64,000 nucleotides of DNA from an uncultured delta proteobacterium (GCA_963785725.1 CAWAWS010000025.1:15191-79190), one strand, 5' to 3'; shown: positions 41,002 to 53,396, counted from the stretch's first letter. Program-made: numbers and translations. Notes: a model not told the origin generated them from the letters alone.

Positions 41002-41367
41002 ATGGCAATATTGCGCTGGCTCTCTTTGCTCGCATCCGCCGCTTTATTACTCGCCGTCATCGTCGCCAACCTACGCAATGGGCGCATCGTCGATCCCGTC
41101 GTTCTCCGCCGTTCGGCGCGCCGCCTCGGCTGGGCCATCGCCGGCAGCTTCGTCTTCGCATTCGCGATCTTCGCGATCTCCATGATCGGCAGCTTCGCCA
41201 CCGTCGCCACCGTGCCGCCCGAGCGCAAAGCCGCAGTCCTGGCCGCCGCCATCGACGGCTCCGCATTCAGTCTGCGCGGGTCTGTTTGGCTGCTCTTCAC
41301 TGCGCTCATCGGTGTAGCGGTCTTACGATTCCGCGCTGGTTACCATTCGCCCGCCAAGAAATCCTGA
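41002..41367 (+). CDS. small membrane protein (3 TM)
   Basis: Three hydrophobic segments; TGcTAAAAG 6 nt before the ATG. Confidence 0.65.
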   Translation: MAILRWLSLLASAALLLAVIVANLRNGRIVDPVVLRRSARRLGWAIAGSFVFAFAIFAISMIGSFATVATVPPERKAAVLAAAIDGSAFSLRGSVWLLFTALIGVAVLRFRAGYHSPAKKS

Positions 41368-41548
41368 CGCGCTCATCTGCATTCCGTGTCGGCAATCGAA
41401 GGGCAATGCCGACCGCTCAGTCGCGCAGCACAATCGGCGTTTCCCGCGTGTTAAATGCCGTTCGTCGGACTTCGTTCGCCTCTCCGACTTTTATCTCCCG
41501 TGACGGCGCGATTGACGGAGCGCACAGACTTCGCAACGGTGGCGTTCC

Positions 41549-42628
41549 ATGAAACTGTCTTTCGCGTTCGCATTTGTCCTCTTAATGGGCTGCGGTAATT
41601 CCTCGCATTCGACCGACATGTCGCCAAGCGCCGACCTCGAACCACCCGAGGCAACGGATATGTCCGCGACCGAGCCTGGCGCCGGCGTCGACACCACCGT
41701 CAATATCTTCACCAATCAGCTCTTCGCCTTCGACAACAGCGGCAACAAGCGCGAGAACACCGCCACCGTCGATCTGCCGACGGCCGGCACCTACGCCAAG
41801 ATCACGCTGCACGTCGCGCTCAGCTGCCCGTCCAAAGGCTGCGATCCGTACGATCGCGTGGCCACGCTCGGCGTCATCCAGCCCGGCGGCACCGACGCCG
41901 GCGTCGAGAACATCACGGAGATCGGCCGCTACGTCACGCCCTTCGGCGTCGCCGGCGCCTGGGACATCGACGTCACCGACTTACGCCCGCTCTTGTCGGG
42001 CACCGTCACCATCCACGGCCTCATCGACACCTGGGTCGGCAACGGCCAAGGCTGGCTTTTGACGGCGAGCCTGATCTACGTCGGCGGCATTCCGGCCAAC
42101 ATCCCCGTCGCCGTCCTGCCGCTGCCATGGAGCAACTTCAACATCGGCGACCCCACGCAGCCGGTCTCGTCGAGCCTGCCCGCGCAGACGGTGACGCTGC
42201 CGAGCGGCGCCACCCACGCCGCCGTGCGCATCAACGCCACCGGCCACGGCCAAGGCAACGTCAACAACTGCGGCGAGTTCTGCTCGCTCAACCACACGCT
42301 GCTCATCAACAACCTGCTCGAGAAGCAGTTCGCCGTCTGGCGCGACGACTGCGCCAAGAACCCGGTCAGCCCGCAAAACGGCACCTGGATGTACGACCGC
42401 GCCGGCTGGTGCCCCGGCGCCGACGTCAAGCCGATCACCATCGATCTCGGACCGCGCGCCGGCGCCTTCCAGGTCGGCTACACTATCGACCCCTACGTCA
42501 ACACGTGCAGCCCGGGCGCGTCCTGCGACACGTCGACGTGCACGCTCGGCGCGTCCTGCGACTTCGACGGCGGTCTACACACGACGCCCTTCATCGAATT
42601 CAGCGCCGCCGTCATCGCTTATCGCTAA
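41549..42628 (+). CDS. peptide-N-glycosidase F-like lipoprotein
   Basis: Lipobox LMGC; CDPYDR, EIGRYVTPFG, DVTD, TGHG...CGEFC, PQNGTW.YDRAGWCPG motifs. Confidence 0.85.
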   Translation: MKLSFAFAFVLLMGCGNSSHSTDMSPSADLEPPEATDMSATEPGAGVDTTVNIFTNQLFAFDNSGNKRENTATVDLPTAGTYAKITLHVALSCPSKGCDPYDRVATLGVIQPGGTDAGVENITEIGRYVTPFGVAGAWDIDVTDLRPLLSGTVTIHGLIDTWVGNGQGWLLTASLIYVGGIPANIPVAVLPLPWSNFNIGDPTQPVSSSLPAQTVTLPSGATHAAVRINATGHGQGNVNNCGEFCSLNHTLLINNLLEKQFAVWRDDCAKNPVSPQNGTWMYDRAGWCPGADVKPITIDLGPRAGAFQVGYTIDPYVNTCSPGASCDTSTCTLGASCDFDGGLHTTPFIEFSAAVIAYR

Positions 42629-42643
42629 AGGGAATTCCAATAC

Positions 42644-42739
42644 TGAAGCAGTTGCTTCACTGACGCGCAGCTCGTTTACCGCCATTCCGTCCGGCGCAGC
42701 GCGATCGCACTCACTCAATAGTGAAGCGATCACTTCACT
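42644..42739. repeat. two related palindromes TGAAGC-N5-CTTCACT between convergent genes
   Basis: Copies at 42644-42661 and 42722-42739. Confidence 0.6.
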
Positions 42740-42753
42740 CACGATCACGACGT

Positions 42754-43488
42754 CTACCGGCCGCCGGAGATCCAGCGCGCATACAGCCCCGTGCTGCGCG
42801 CGCCGGCGACCGGATCGCGCGCGCCGTCCACTTTGCCCGCGACTTGGCCTGCGACTTTGACGGAGAGCTCGGTGCCGCCTTTCAATGGCAATGACATCGA
42901 GCGAAAGCCGTTCCGCGGATCGCGAATGAACTGCAAATAATCGGGCTCGCCATTGTCGTTCATGACCAATCCGCCGACGCGGAGCTGCGGCGCCACGACT
43001 TCGATGACCTCGCGCGCCAACGACGGGCCGTCACCGCCGGGCCAGCCGTCGACGAGCATGAAGTCGATGGGCGCGCCCAATTCGCGCAAGGTCTGGCGCG
43101 CGTCGCCCGAGCGAATGTCGACCCACTCGTCGAGGCCGGCGGCCTGCAAGTAGCGCTGCGCCGTCGCGATCTTCTCGGGCACGATCTCGGAGCCGATGAC
43201 GTGGCCGCCGCCGTTGTCGCGCATCGCGGCCGCGAAATAGAGGGTCGAGACGCCGATCGACGTCGCGAACTCGGCCACGCGCGTGGCGCCGATCGCGCGG
43301 CACAACAAGTAGATGAGCTCGCCCTGATCGCGCTGGATCGAGAAGCCGAACTCACTGTAGTCCTGCGGATCGCGGCTGCCGCTGCCGCGCGGTCCACCGT
43401 CGAGCGGACGGCGATGCGCGCGCTCCATCATCTGCCCCAACACGGCGTCGAAGCGCGCGTCGAGAATGGGACCATTCTGTAGATTCAT
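42754..43488 (-). CDS. class I SAM-dependent O-methyltransferase
   Basis: GELIYLLCRA..ATRVAEF.TS.GVSTLY, R.GDA..TL, D...VDGW motifs. Confidence 0.88.
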   Translation of the reverse strand: MNLQNGPILDARFDAVLGQMMERAHRRPLDGGPRGSGSRDPQDYSEFGFSIQRDQGELIYLLCRAIGATRVAEFATSIGVSTLYFAAAMRDNGGGHVIGSEIVPEKIATAQRYLQAAGLDEWVDIRSGDARQTLRELGAPIDFMLVDGWPGGDGPSLAREVIEVVAPQLRVGGLVMNDNGEPDYLQFIRDPRNGFRSMSLPLKGGTELSVKVAGQVAGKVDGARDPVAGARSTGLYARWISGGR

Positions 43489-43509
43489 ATCGTTCTCCCG
43501 CTCCTTCAA

Positions 43510-44184
43510 TCAGCCTTTGGCCAACAGCTCGTACAGCTGCCGCCGCGCCTCGACGATGACCGCGCGCGCCTTTTGCCGCTGCTCCTCGTTGCCGGCGCTG
43601 TAGACCTGCCGCGCCGCCAGCTTGAGGCCGTGCACGGCTTCGCGCAGCCCGTCGGAATCCTCGTCCGTCGCCTGCTGCCACGGCACGTCCGCCGCCTTGC
43701 CGCGCTCGGTCGCCTCGGTCTTGCCGGCCTTGGTCAGCGCGTAAATGCGCTTGCCGTCGCGCTCCTCGGCCTCGACCAGGCCTTCGTCCGCGAGCAGCTG
43801 CAAGGTCGGATAGACCGAGCCCGGGCTCGGCCGCCACGCGCCGCCGCTCTTCTGCTCGAGCCGCGTCGACAGCTCGTAGCCGTGCGCCGGCCCGTCGACG
43901 AGCGCCAACAAGAGCGCCGTGCGCACGTCGCCGCGGCGCATGCGCGGCCCTTCACCCCACGGTCCGCCGAAGCCGCCGCGACCGCCGCCGTGCCAGCCGC
44001 CTTCGCGCGGTCCACCGCGTCCGCGGCCGAAGCCGGGACCTTCGCCGCGACCGCCGAGGCCGGCGCCTTCGCCGCGCCCGCGTCCCGGTCCGCCGCGTCC
44101 GTTGCGCCCACGCCAGTCGCCATCGCCGCGCCAACCACCGCCACCACCATCTCGTCCGAATCCAAACATGTCGTTCAGCTCCAA
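43510..44184 (-). CDS. PadR family regulator with Gly/Arg-rich N-terminus
   Basis: RRGDVR.ALL..L...PAHGYE......SGG.WRPSPGSVYPTLQ.L motif. Confidence 0.92.
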   Translation of the reverse strand: MELNDMFGFGRDGGGGGWRGDGDWRGRNGRGGPGRGRGEGAGLGGRGEGPGFGRGRGGPREGGWHGGGRGGFGGPWGEGPRMRRGDVRTALLLALVDGPAHGYELSTRLEQKSGGAWRPSPGSVYPTLQLLADEGLVEAEERDGKRIYALTKAGKTEATERGKAADVPWQQATDEDSDGLREAVHGLKLAARQVYSAGNEEQRQKARAVIVEARRQLYELLAKG

Positions 44185-44196
44185 AGTTGTCTATCG

Positions 44197-44206
44197 CGAT
44201 ATATCG
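44197..44206. promoter_or_regulatory. palindrome CGATATATCG, candidate PadR autoregulatory operator
   Basis: Perfect 10-bp palindrome just upstream of the padR start. Confidence 0.55.
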
Positions 44207-44320
44207 TAATCGATCATGAGCGACTGTCAATAGCTCGTGATAAGTCCCAGCGGGACGCGGCTTTCGCGGAGAATTTCGCGGCATCCATCCGGTCGCCGAA
44301 CGCATGTCGCTTTCCCTTTG

Positions 44321-44337
44321 CTGAACATCCGTTCCGC
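44321..44337 (+). promoter_or_regulatory. putative LexA (SOS) box upstream of the yhaO-yhaN-like operon
   Basis: CTGAACATCCGTTCCGC has one mismatch to CTRHAMRYBYGTTCAGS and shares the CTGAAC half-site with the imuA box. Confidence 0.75.
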
Positions 44338-44364
44338 CTTATCTTCTACTCCCTTGGTGCGCAC

Positions 44365-45591
44365 ATGAAGTTCGTCCACGCCGCCGATTTGCACATCGAC
44401 AGCCCGCTGCGCGGGCTCGGCGCCTACGACGGCGCGCCGGTCGAGCGCGTCCGCGGCGCCACGCGACGCGCGCTCGCCAACTTGGTGCAGCTGTGCCTCG
44501 ACGAGCGCGCCGCCTTTTTGATCCTCGCCGGCGACGTCTTCGACGGCGAATGGAAGGACTTCAACACCGGCCTCTTCTTCGTCAAGCAGCTCAACCGCCT
44601 GCGCGACGCCGGCACGCGCGTCTTCCTCGTGCGCGGCAACCACGACGCCATGAGCGAAGTGACGCGCGCGCTCGAGCTGCCCTCACACGTGCACGAGTTC
44701 GCCGACGGCCGCGCCGAGACCATCGTCGACGATCGCTACGGCGTCGCCCTGCACGGCCTCAGCTTCGCGCGCCGCGAAATGCGCGACTCGCCGGTGCCGC
44801 TCTATCCGACGCCCATCGCCGGCGCGCTCAACATCGGCGTCTTGCACACGTCGGCCGGCGGCCACGCGCAGCACGCCACCTACGCGCCCTGCGCCGTCGA
44901 CGAATTGGTGCGCAAAGGCTACGACTACTGGGCGCTCGGCCACGTCCACGCCCACGAAATCCTGCACCGCGCACCGTCGTGGGTCGTCTTCCCCGGCAAC
45001 ACGCAAGGGCGCCACATTCGCGAGACGGGCCCGAAGGGCTGCGTCGTCGTCACCGTCGAGGATGGCGCGGTGTCCGAGGTTCGTCAGGCGCCGCTCGACG
45101 TCGTGCGCTGGCAGCGCGTCGAGCTCGCGCTCGGCGAAGAGGACGGCGTCGACGAGCTGTACGAATCGGCGCGGCGAGCGCTCGAGCGCGCGCGCCGCGA
45201 GGCCGACGGTCGGCTCGTCGCCGCGCGGCTCGTCGTCGGCGGCGCCACCCGCGCGCACGCGGCCATCAGCGGCGATCGGCAGCGCATCGCGGCGCAGCTG
45301 CGCGCCTTCTGCCTCGACGACCGCGACGAGCTGTGGCTGGAGAAGGTGGAGCTGCGCACGCGGCCGGCCGTCGCCATCGACGAGTTGCGCGCGTCCGAAG
45401 GCTTCGTCGGCGAGCTCTTGCGCGCCGTCGCCGCCGCCAAGGACGACCCGACGCTGGCCGCGGAGTTGCGCGCGCAGCTGCAGCCGCTCGTCGACAAGTT
45501 GGGCGACGAGCTGGGCGGCGAGCTCGACCTCGGCACGCTCATCGACGAAGCCGAAGCGCGCCTCGTGGCCGAGCTGGTGACGCCGACATGA
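44365..45591 (+). CDS. DNA repair exonuclease, SbcD/Mre11-like (YhaO family)
   Basis: FVHAADLHIDSP, AGDVFD, GNHD, LHT, YWALGHVH, FPGNTQGRH.RETG.KG motifs. Confidence 0.93.
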   Translation: MKFVHAADLHIDSPLRGLGAYDGAPVERVRGATRRALANLVQLCLDERAAFLILAGDVFDGEWKDFNTGLFFVKQLNRLRDAGTRVFLVRGNHDAMSEVTRALELPSHVHEFADGRAETIVDDRYGVALHGLSFARREMRDSPVPLYPTPIAGALNIGVLHTSAGGHAQHATYAPCAVDELVRKGYDYWALGHVHAHEILHRAPSWVVFPGNTQGRHIRETGPKGCVVVTVEDGAVSEVRQAPLDVVRWQRVELALGEEDGVDELYESARRALERARREADGRLVAARLVVGGATRAHAAISGDRQRIAAQLRAFCLDDRDELWLEKVELRTRPAVAIDELRASEGFVGELLRAVAAAKDDPTLAAELRAQLQPLVDKLGDELGGELDLGTLIDEAEARLVAELVTPT

Positions 45592-48500
45592 TCGTCAACG
45601 AGCTGCGCCTCGAGCGCTTCGGCCACTTCACCGACGCGGCGCTGCCGCTCGCCCCGGGCCTGACGCTGCTGTACGGCCCCAACGAAGCCGGCAAGTCGAC
45701 GCTGCTGGCGGCGTTGCGCGCGTTTCTGTTCGGCTTTCCGCGCGGCCAGCACTTCGACTTCCGCTTCCCGTCCGATTCGTTGGCGGTCGCCGGCACGCTG
45801 GCCTTCGCCGACGGCGCCGTGGCCGAGCTGCGCCGCGAGAAAAAGCGCGGCTTCAAGGGCAAGTTGGGCGAGCTGGCGCTGACCGAGGAGCTCTTGCGCG
45901 CGCGCCTCGGCCGTCCGTCGGAGCCGCTCTACTCGACGGTGTTCGCGTTCTCGCTCGAGGATTTGGCGCGCGGCGGTGAGGCCTTGCGCGATGAAGGGCT
46001 GCGCGCCGCGCTCGCCGGCGCCGGCGTGGGCGCGGTCAAGAGCCCGCAAGCGGTCATCGAGGCCTTGCGCAAGCAGGCGGAGGAGCTGTTCACCGCCAAA
46101 GGTCGCAGCGGCAAGGCGATCACGGGCGCGCTCGGCGCCATCAAAGACGAGCGCAAGGCGCTGAGCGACGCGCAGGTGCGCGGCGAGGACTATCGCGCCC
46201 GCGTCGGCGAGCGCGATGCCGCCAAGCTGGAGGCGGCGCGCCTCGGCGACGAGCGCAAGCGGCTGCTGCAGCGCGCGGGCGAGCAGGAGGCGCTCCTGCG
46301 CGCGTTGCCGCGGCGCGACGAGTTGCGCGGCGCCGAGGCCGAGCGGCGCGCGCTGGCGCCGCCGCCGGGGCTGCCGCCCAATGCCGGCCAAGAATATGCG
46401 CGCGTTCGCGACGAGCGGACCCGGCTCGACGAGCGGGCGCGCGAGATCGCCGACAAGCTGAGCCGGACGCAGCGCGAGGCGGCGACGCTCGTCGTCGACG
46501 AGGCGCTGTTGGCGGCGGCGCCGCGCGTGCGCCCGCTGCACGAGCACCTCGGTCGTTACACGCAAGAGACGCTCGAGCTCGACGAGCTGGCGCTATCGCT
46601 GCGCGCGCGGCGGGCCGAGGTCACGCGCCAGCTCGGCGAGCTGCGCGCGGGCTGGACGCCGGACGAGCTCGACGTCCTGCCGCATCCGCTGTTCACCAAC
46701 GTGCTCGAGCGGCTGCGCGAAGAGTGGTCGGCGCAGCGGCAGCAAGCGCGCGAGCTCGCCGAGCTGACCGCGCGCCAGGCGCAGCTGACCGGCGACCGCG
46801 AACGCTTACGGCGACGGCTCGATCCGCCCTGGCCGCTCGACGACGTCACGCCGCTGCTGCCGGTGCCGCGCGCCGAAGAGATGAAGCAGCACCGCGCCGC
46901 CATGGCCAAGCTCGACAAGACGTTGGCCGAGCTTGCGCGCGACGAAGAGCGCCTCAGGCAGGAGCAGCGCGAGCTCGAGAGCAAGCGGGCGCGGCTCGAT
47001 GCCGGCGGGCCGGTGCCGTCGTCGGAGGAGCTGATTCGACTGCGCGCGACGCGTGACGCGGCCTGGGCGGCGCTCAGGCTGGCGCTGGGCGCGACGACGT
47101 CCGACGACGCGCCGCAGCGCGCGGCGCGGGTGGCGCTGGCCGACACGTTCGTCGCCGCGGCGACGGCGGCCGATGCGCACGCCGACGAGCTGCGCCGCCG
47201 CTCCGAAGACGTGGCCGCGCGCGCCGAGCTGACCTTGCGCCTCGGCGAAGTCGAACGGACGCGCGTCGATCGCGCGGCGGCGCTGGCGGCGACGACGGCG
47301 GAACGCGCGCGCGCCGAGTCGGCCTGGCACGAGCTGTGGAGCCGCTGCGGCTTCGTCCCGCAATCGCCGGACACGATGCTGGAGTGGCTCGGCGACCACG
47401 CGGCGCTGCGCGACGTCGACGGCGAGCGCCAGCGCGTCGACGCCCGCGCCGCCACGCTGCAAGCCGGGCAAGACGACTACAAGCAGCGGCTGCAGCAGGT
47501 CATGAAGACGCTCAAGCTCGACGTGACGGAGCTGGCGGCGCAAAAGCGCATCGTCAATCTCGTCGTCGAGCTGCGCGAGACGCTGGACGAGCTGCGCCGC
47601 GACGACGAGCGACTGCGTAAGCTGCAGGCGAGCGTGCGCGCCTTCGTCGACGACGTGCGCAAGCTGTGCAAGGAGACCGTGCCGCACCTCGAGCCGCTCG
47701 ACGCCGCGGCGGCGATGCGCGCGCTCGACGAGCGGCTGCGCGCGGCGACGACGGCGCAGCAGCGGCGCGACGAGCTCGTGCGCAGCGAGCGTGAGCTCAC
47801 CGACGACCAAGCGCGCGCCGAGTCGCGCCGCGCCGACGTGGCGACGACCTTGACCGCGTGGCGCCGCCGCGCGCAGCTCGACGAAGACGACGATGACGCC
47901 TTCCTGCGCGCCGCCGCCGCCGCCCGCCGCGCCGACGAGCTCGACCGCGAGATCGAGCGCCTCGTGCGCGCCGTGGCCGAGGCGCGCGGCGGCATGGCGG
48001 CGCCGGCGTTCGCCGCCGCGCTGGAGACGGCCGAGCGCGCGCTCGTCGATGACGAGCTGGCCCGCCTGCGCGTCGAGCTCGAAGGCGTCGAGCAGCTCTA
48101 TCGCGCCGCCAATCAGCGTCTCGGCGCCGCCGAAGCCCAGCTCGGCCTGCTCGACGGCGGCGCCAAAGCGGCCGAGCTGACGATGGGCCTCGAGTCACGC
48201 CGCGCCGAGCTGCGCGGCTTCGTCGACGAATATGCGGTCGTGACCTTGGCGCGCGCGCTGCTCGAGAAGCAAGTGGCGCGCTTCCAAGAGCGTCATCAGC
48301 CGCAATTGTTGGGCGAGCTGTCGTCGCTGTTCGCGGCGCTGACCGAGGGCCGCTACCAGCGCGTCTACCAGCGCCTCGACGACGAGAGCACCTTCGTGGC
48401 CGTGCGCGCCGACGGCGTCGAGGTCACGCCGCGGGCGATGTCGACGGGTACGCGCGAGCAGCTCTACCTCGCCGTGCGCCTCGCTTACGTGCGCCACTAT

Positions 48501-48704
48501 TGCGCGGCGTCGGAGCCGCTGCCGCTCGTGCTCGACGACGTGCTCGTCAACTTCGACGCCGACCGCGCCCGCGCCACCTTGCGCGTCTTGGCCGACTTCG
48601 CGACGCGCTCGCAGGTGCTCATGCTCACCTGCCATGCGCACCTGGCCGCGCTCGCCGCCGACGTCGCCGGCGTCACGCCGCTGCCGCTGCCCGCCCGCGC
48701 CTAA
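45588..48704 (+). CDS. SMC-like AAA ATPase (YhaN/AAA_27 family)
   Basis: Walker A YGPNEAGKST, long coiled coil, signature MSTGTREQLYLAVRLA, Walker B LVLDDVLVNFD, LTCH; ATGA overlap with the nuclease gene. Confidence 0.93.
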   Translation: MIVNELRLERFGHFTDAALPLAPGLTLLYGPNEAGKSTLLAALRAFLFGFPRGQHFDFRFPSDSLAVAGTLAFADGAVAELRREKKRGFKGKLGELALTEELLRARLGRPSEPLYSTVFAFSLEDLARGGEALRDEGLRAALAGAGVGAVKSPQAVIEALRKQAEELFTAKGRSGKAITGALGAIKDERKALSDAQVRGEDYRARVGERDAAKLEAARLGDERKRLLQRAGEQEALLRALPRRDELRGAEAERRALAPPPGLPPNAGQEYARVRDERTRLDERAREIADKLSRTQREAATLVVDEALLAAAPRVRPLHEHLGRYTQETLELDELALSLRARRAEVTRQLGELRAGWTPDELDVLPHPLFTNVLERLREEWSAQRQQARELAELTARQAQLTGDRERLRRRLDPPWPLDDVTPLLPVPRAEEMKQHRAAMAKLDKTLAELARDEERLRQEQRELESKRARLDAGGPVPSSEELIRLRATRDAAWAALRLALGATTSDDAPQRAARVALADTFVAAATAADAHADELRRRSEDVAARAELTLRLGEVERTRVDRAAALAATTAERARAESAWHELWSRCGFVPQSPDTMLEWLGDHAALRDVDGERQRVDARAATLQAGQDDYKQRLQQVMKTLKLDVTELAAQKRIVNLVVELRETLDELRRDDERLRKLQASVRAFVDDVRKLCKETVPHLEPLDAAAAMRALDERLRAATTAQQRRDELVRSERELTDDQARAESRRADVATTLTAWRRRAQLDEDDDDAFLRAAAAARRADELDREIERLVRAVAEARGGMAAPAFAAALETAERALVDDELARLRVELEGVEQLYRAANQRLGAAEAQLGLLDGGAKAAELTMGLESRRAELRGFVDEYAVVTLARALLEKQVARFQERHQPQLLGELSSLFAALTEGRYQRVYQRLDDESTFVAVRADGVEVTPRAMSTGTREQLYLAVRLAYVRHYCAASEPLPLVLDDVLVNFDADRARATLRVLADFATRSQVLMLTCHAHLAALAADVAGVTPLPLPARA

Positions 48705-48713
48705 CGCCGGCTG

Positions 48714-49682
48714 TTACAGCGGTTGCCGCACGCTGCGCCGCCGTGGGCGCGGTCGATTCTCGCCGTCGGTCGTCGGCCGCGGATCGTGCGTCACCGTCGG
48801 CCCCGGCTCCTTCTCGACGTGCTCGATGCCGCGATGCACCCGATCGATGATGGCGTTGATCTCGCCGCCCAAGATCAGCGTCAACCCGGTGATGTACAGC
48901 CACACGAGCAAGACGACGACGGTGCCGAGCGCGCCATAGCTCTTCGAATACGACGCGAAATGCGACACGTAGATGCGAAAGCCGAGCGACGCCAGCATCC
49001 AGCCGAGCACCGCCGCCACCGAGCCCGGCGTGATGAAGTGGAACTTCTGCTTCACGTTGGGCAAGAAGTAATAAATCATCGCCAGCATCGACGTCGACGC
49101 GAGCAGCGCCACCGGCCAGCGCAGATAAATCCACAGCGTGTCGAAGGCGCCGCCGAGCCCGAAGAAGGCCCAGATCGTGTGGATGATGTTCGGTCCCACC
49201 AGCATCGCCGTCGTGATGACGATGATGCTGCAGGTGCCGCCGACCGTCACCGCCAGCGCGCGCAGCTTGACCTTCCACGCCGCGCGCGTCTCCGACACGT
49301 CGTAGGCGCGATTGAGCGCCGTGATGAGCCCGTTGACGCCGCCCGACGCCGTCCAGAAGGCGAACACCAGCGTGATGAGGAGCAGCCAGCCGTGCTGCCG
49401 ACCGACGATCTCCTGCAGCGTCTGCTCGCACAGCTTGGCCGCGTCCTGCGGCATGAACTGATAGAGCGCCTGCGTGATGTGCCGATCGAGCCCGTGCAGC
49501 GGCAAATAGGCCACGATCGTCAGCAAGAACATGGCGAAGGGAAAGATCGCCAACAGCGCGAAGTAGGCCAGCTGCGCCGCCAGATCGAGCGGCTGATTGC
49601 GCCCGAACGACTCCACGAACTGCTTGATGAAGTGCTTCACCGTCAGGCGTCGCTGGCTCGACATCGCCGTAGGTGGAGTCAT
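48714..49682 (-). CDS. YihY/BrkB family membrane protein
   Basis: AAQLAYF.LLAIFP, ALNRAY, YYFLPN, PGS..A, YGALG.VVVLLVWLY, GGEINA motifs. Confidence 0.92.
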   Translation of the reverse strand: MTPPTAMSSQRRLTVKHFIKQFVESFGRNQPLDLAAQLAYFALLAIFPFAMFLLTIVAYLPLHGLDRHITQALYQFMPQDAAKLCEQTLQEIVGRQHGWLLLITLVFAFWTASGGVNGLITALNRAYDVSETRAAWKVKLRALAVTVGGTCSIIVITTAMLVGPNIIHTIWAFFGLGGAFDTLWIYLRWPVALLASTSMLAMIYYFLPNVKQKFHFITPGSVAAVLGWMLASLGFRIYVSHFASYSKSYGALGTVVVLLVWLYITGLTLILGGEINAIIDRVHRGIEHVEKEPGPTVTHDPRPTTDGENRPRPRRRSVRQPL

Positions 49683-49741
49683 GACCGCATTATGGTGCAA
49701 CCAATGTGCCCGGCGACGCAACCCGTGATAGAACTCCGCGG

Positions 49742-52531
<2,790 letters not shown>

Positions 52532-52559
52532 CGAGCTCGCGCCGTCGGCCTAGATTCTA

Positions 52560-53384
52560 GTGACGATGCAGTCGATCCGAATCGTCACCCTGAACCTGTG
52601 GAACGGGCAGCGCGGCGTCGAGCGGCGAATGGAGGTGCTGGTGCCGCAGCTCCTGTCGCTACAGCCGCACGTGGTCACGCTACAGGAGGTCCTGGAAAAG
52701 CCGGGGCCGGGCGGCATCATGCAGGGCCACATCATCGCCGAGGCGCTGCACGGTGATTATCGCTTCGGCGTCGTCGATCCGCACTCGGCGGGCGGTCCCA
52801 TCGGCAACGCCATCGTGTCGCGCCTGCCGATCACCAACGAGCTGCACCTGCAGCTGCCCGGCCCGCCCAACGACCTGCGCGGCGCCATTCGCTGCGACGT
52901 GACGACGCCCGCCGGCCGCATCGCCATCGTGACGACGCACTTGTCGTGGGAGCTCGATCGCCCGCAGGTGCGCGAGGCGCAGGTGCTCGTCCTCGACGAG
53001 TTCGCACGGCAAAATCCCGGGCCAATTCCGACGGTCATGACCGGCGACTTCAACTGCACGCCGGAAGCGCTCGTGCATCAATTCCTCACCGGCCGCGCGT
53101 CCTTGCAAGGCAAAGGCAGCTACTGGCGCGACGCCTTCGCGCGCCGCCATCCCGACTCCCGCGGCTTCACCTGGAGCGCGCGCAACCCGTACGTCGCCCG
53201 CTCCGTCGAGCGCGACCGCCGCGTCGACTATGTGTTCGTGGGCTCGATGAAGGACGAAGGCCCGGGCGCCATCCTGCACGCGCGCGTCGTCCTCGATCTG
53301 CCCGGCGCCGACGAGGTCTACCCGTCCGATCACTTCGGCATCTTCATGGAGATGGCGCTGGTGCCGGTGGCCGACGGCGTCTAA
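52560..53384 (+). CDS. endonuclease/exonuclease/phosphatase (EEP) family protein
   Basis: TLN, LQE, GNAIVSR, TTHL, GDFN, RVDYVF, PSDH motifs. Confidence 0.92.
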   Translation: MTMQSIRIVTLNLWNGQRGVERRMEVLVPQLLSLQPHVVTLQEVLEKPGPGGIMQGHIIAEALHGDYRFGVVDPHSAGGPIGNAIVSRLPITNELHLQLPGPPNDLRGAIRCDVTTPAGRIAIVTTHLSWELDRPQVREAQVLVLDEFARQNPGPIPTVMTGDFNCTPEALVHQFLTGRASLQGKGSYWRDAFARRHPDSRGFTWSARNPYVARSVERDRRVDYVFVGSMKDEGPGAILHARVVLDLPGADEVYPSDHFGIFMEMALVPVADGV

Positions 53385-53396
53385 GTAAACGCGCGT

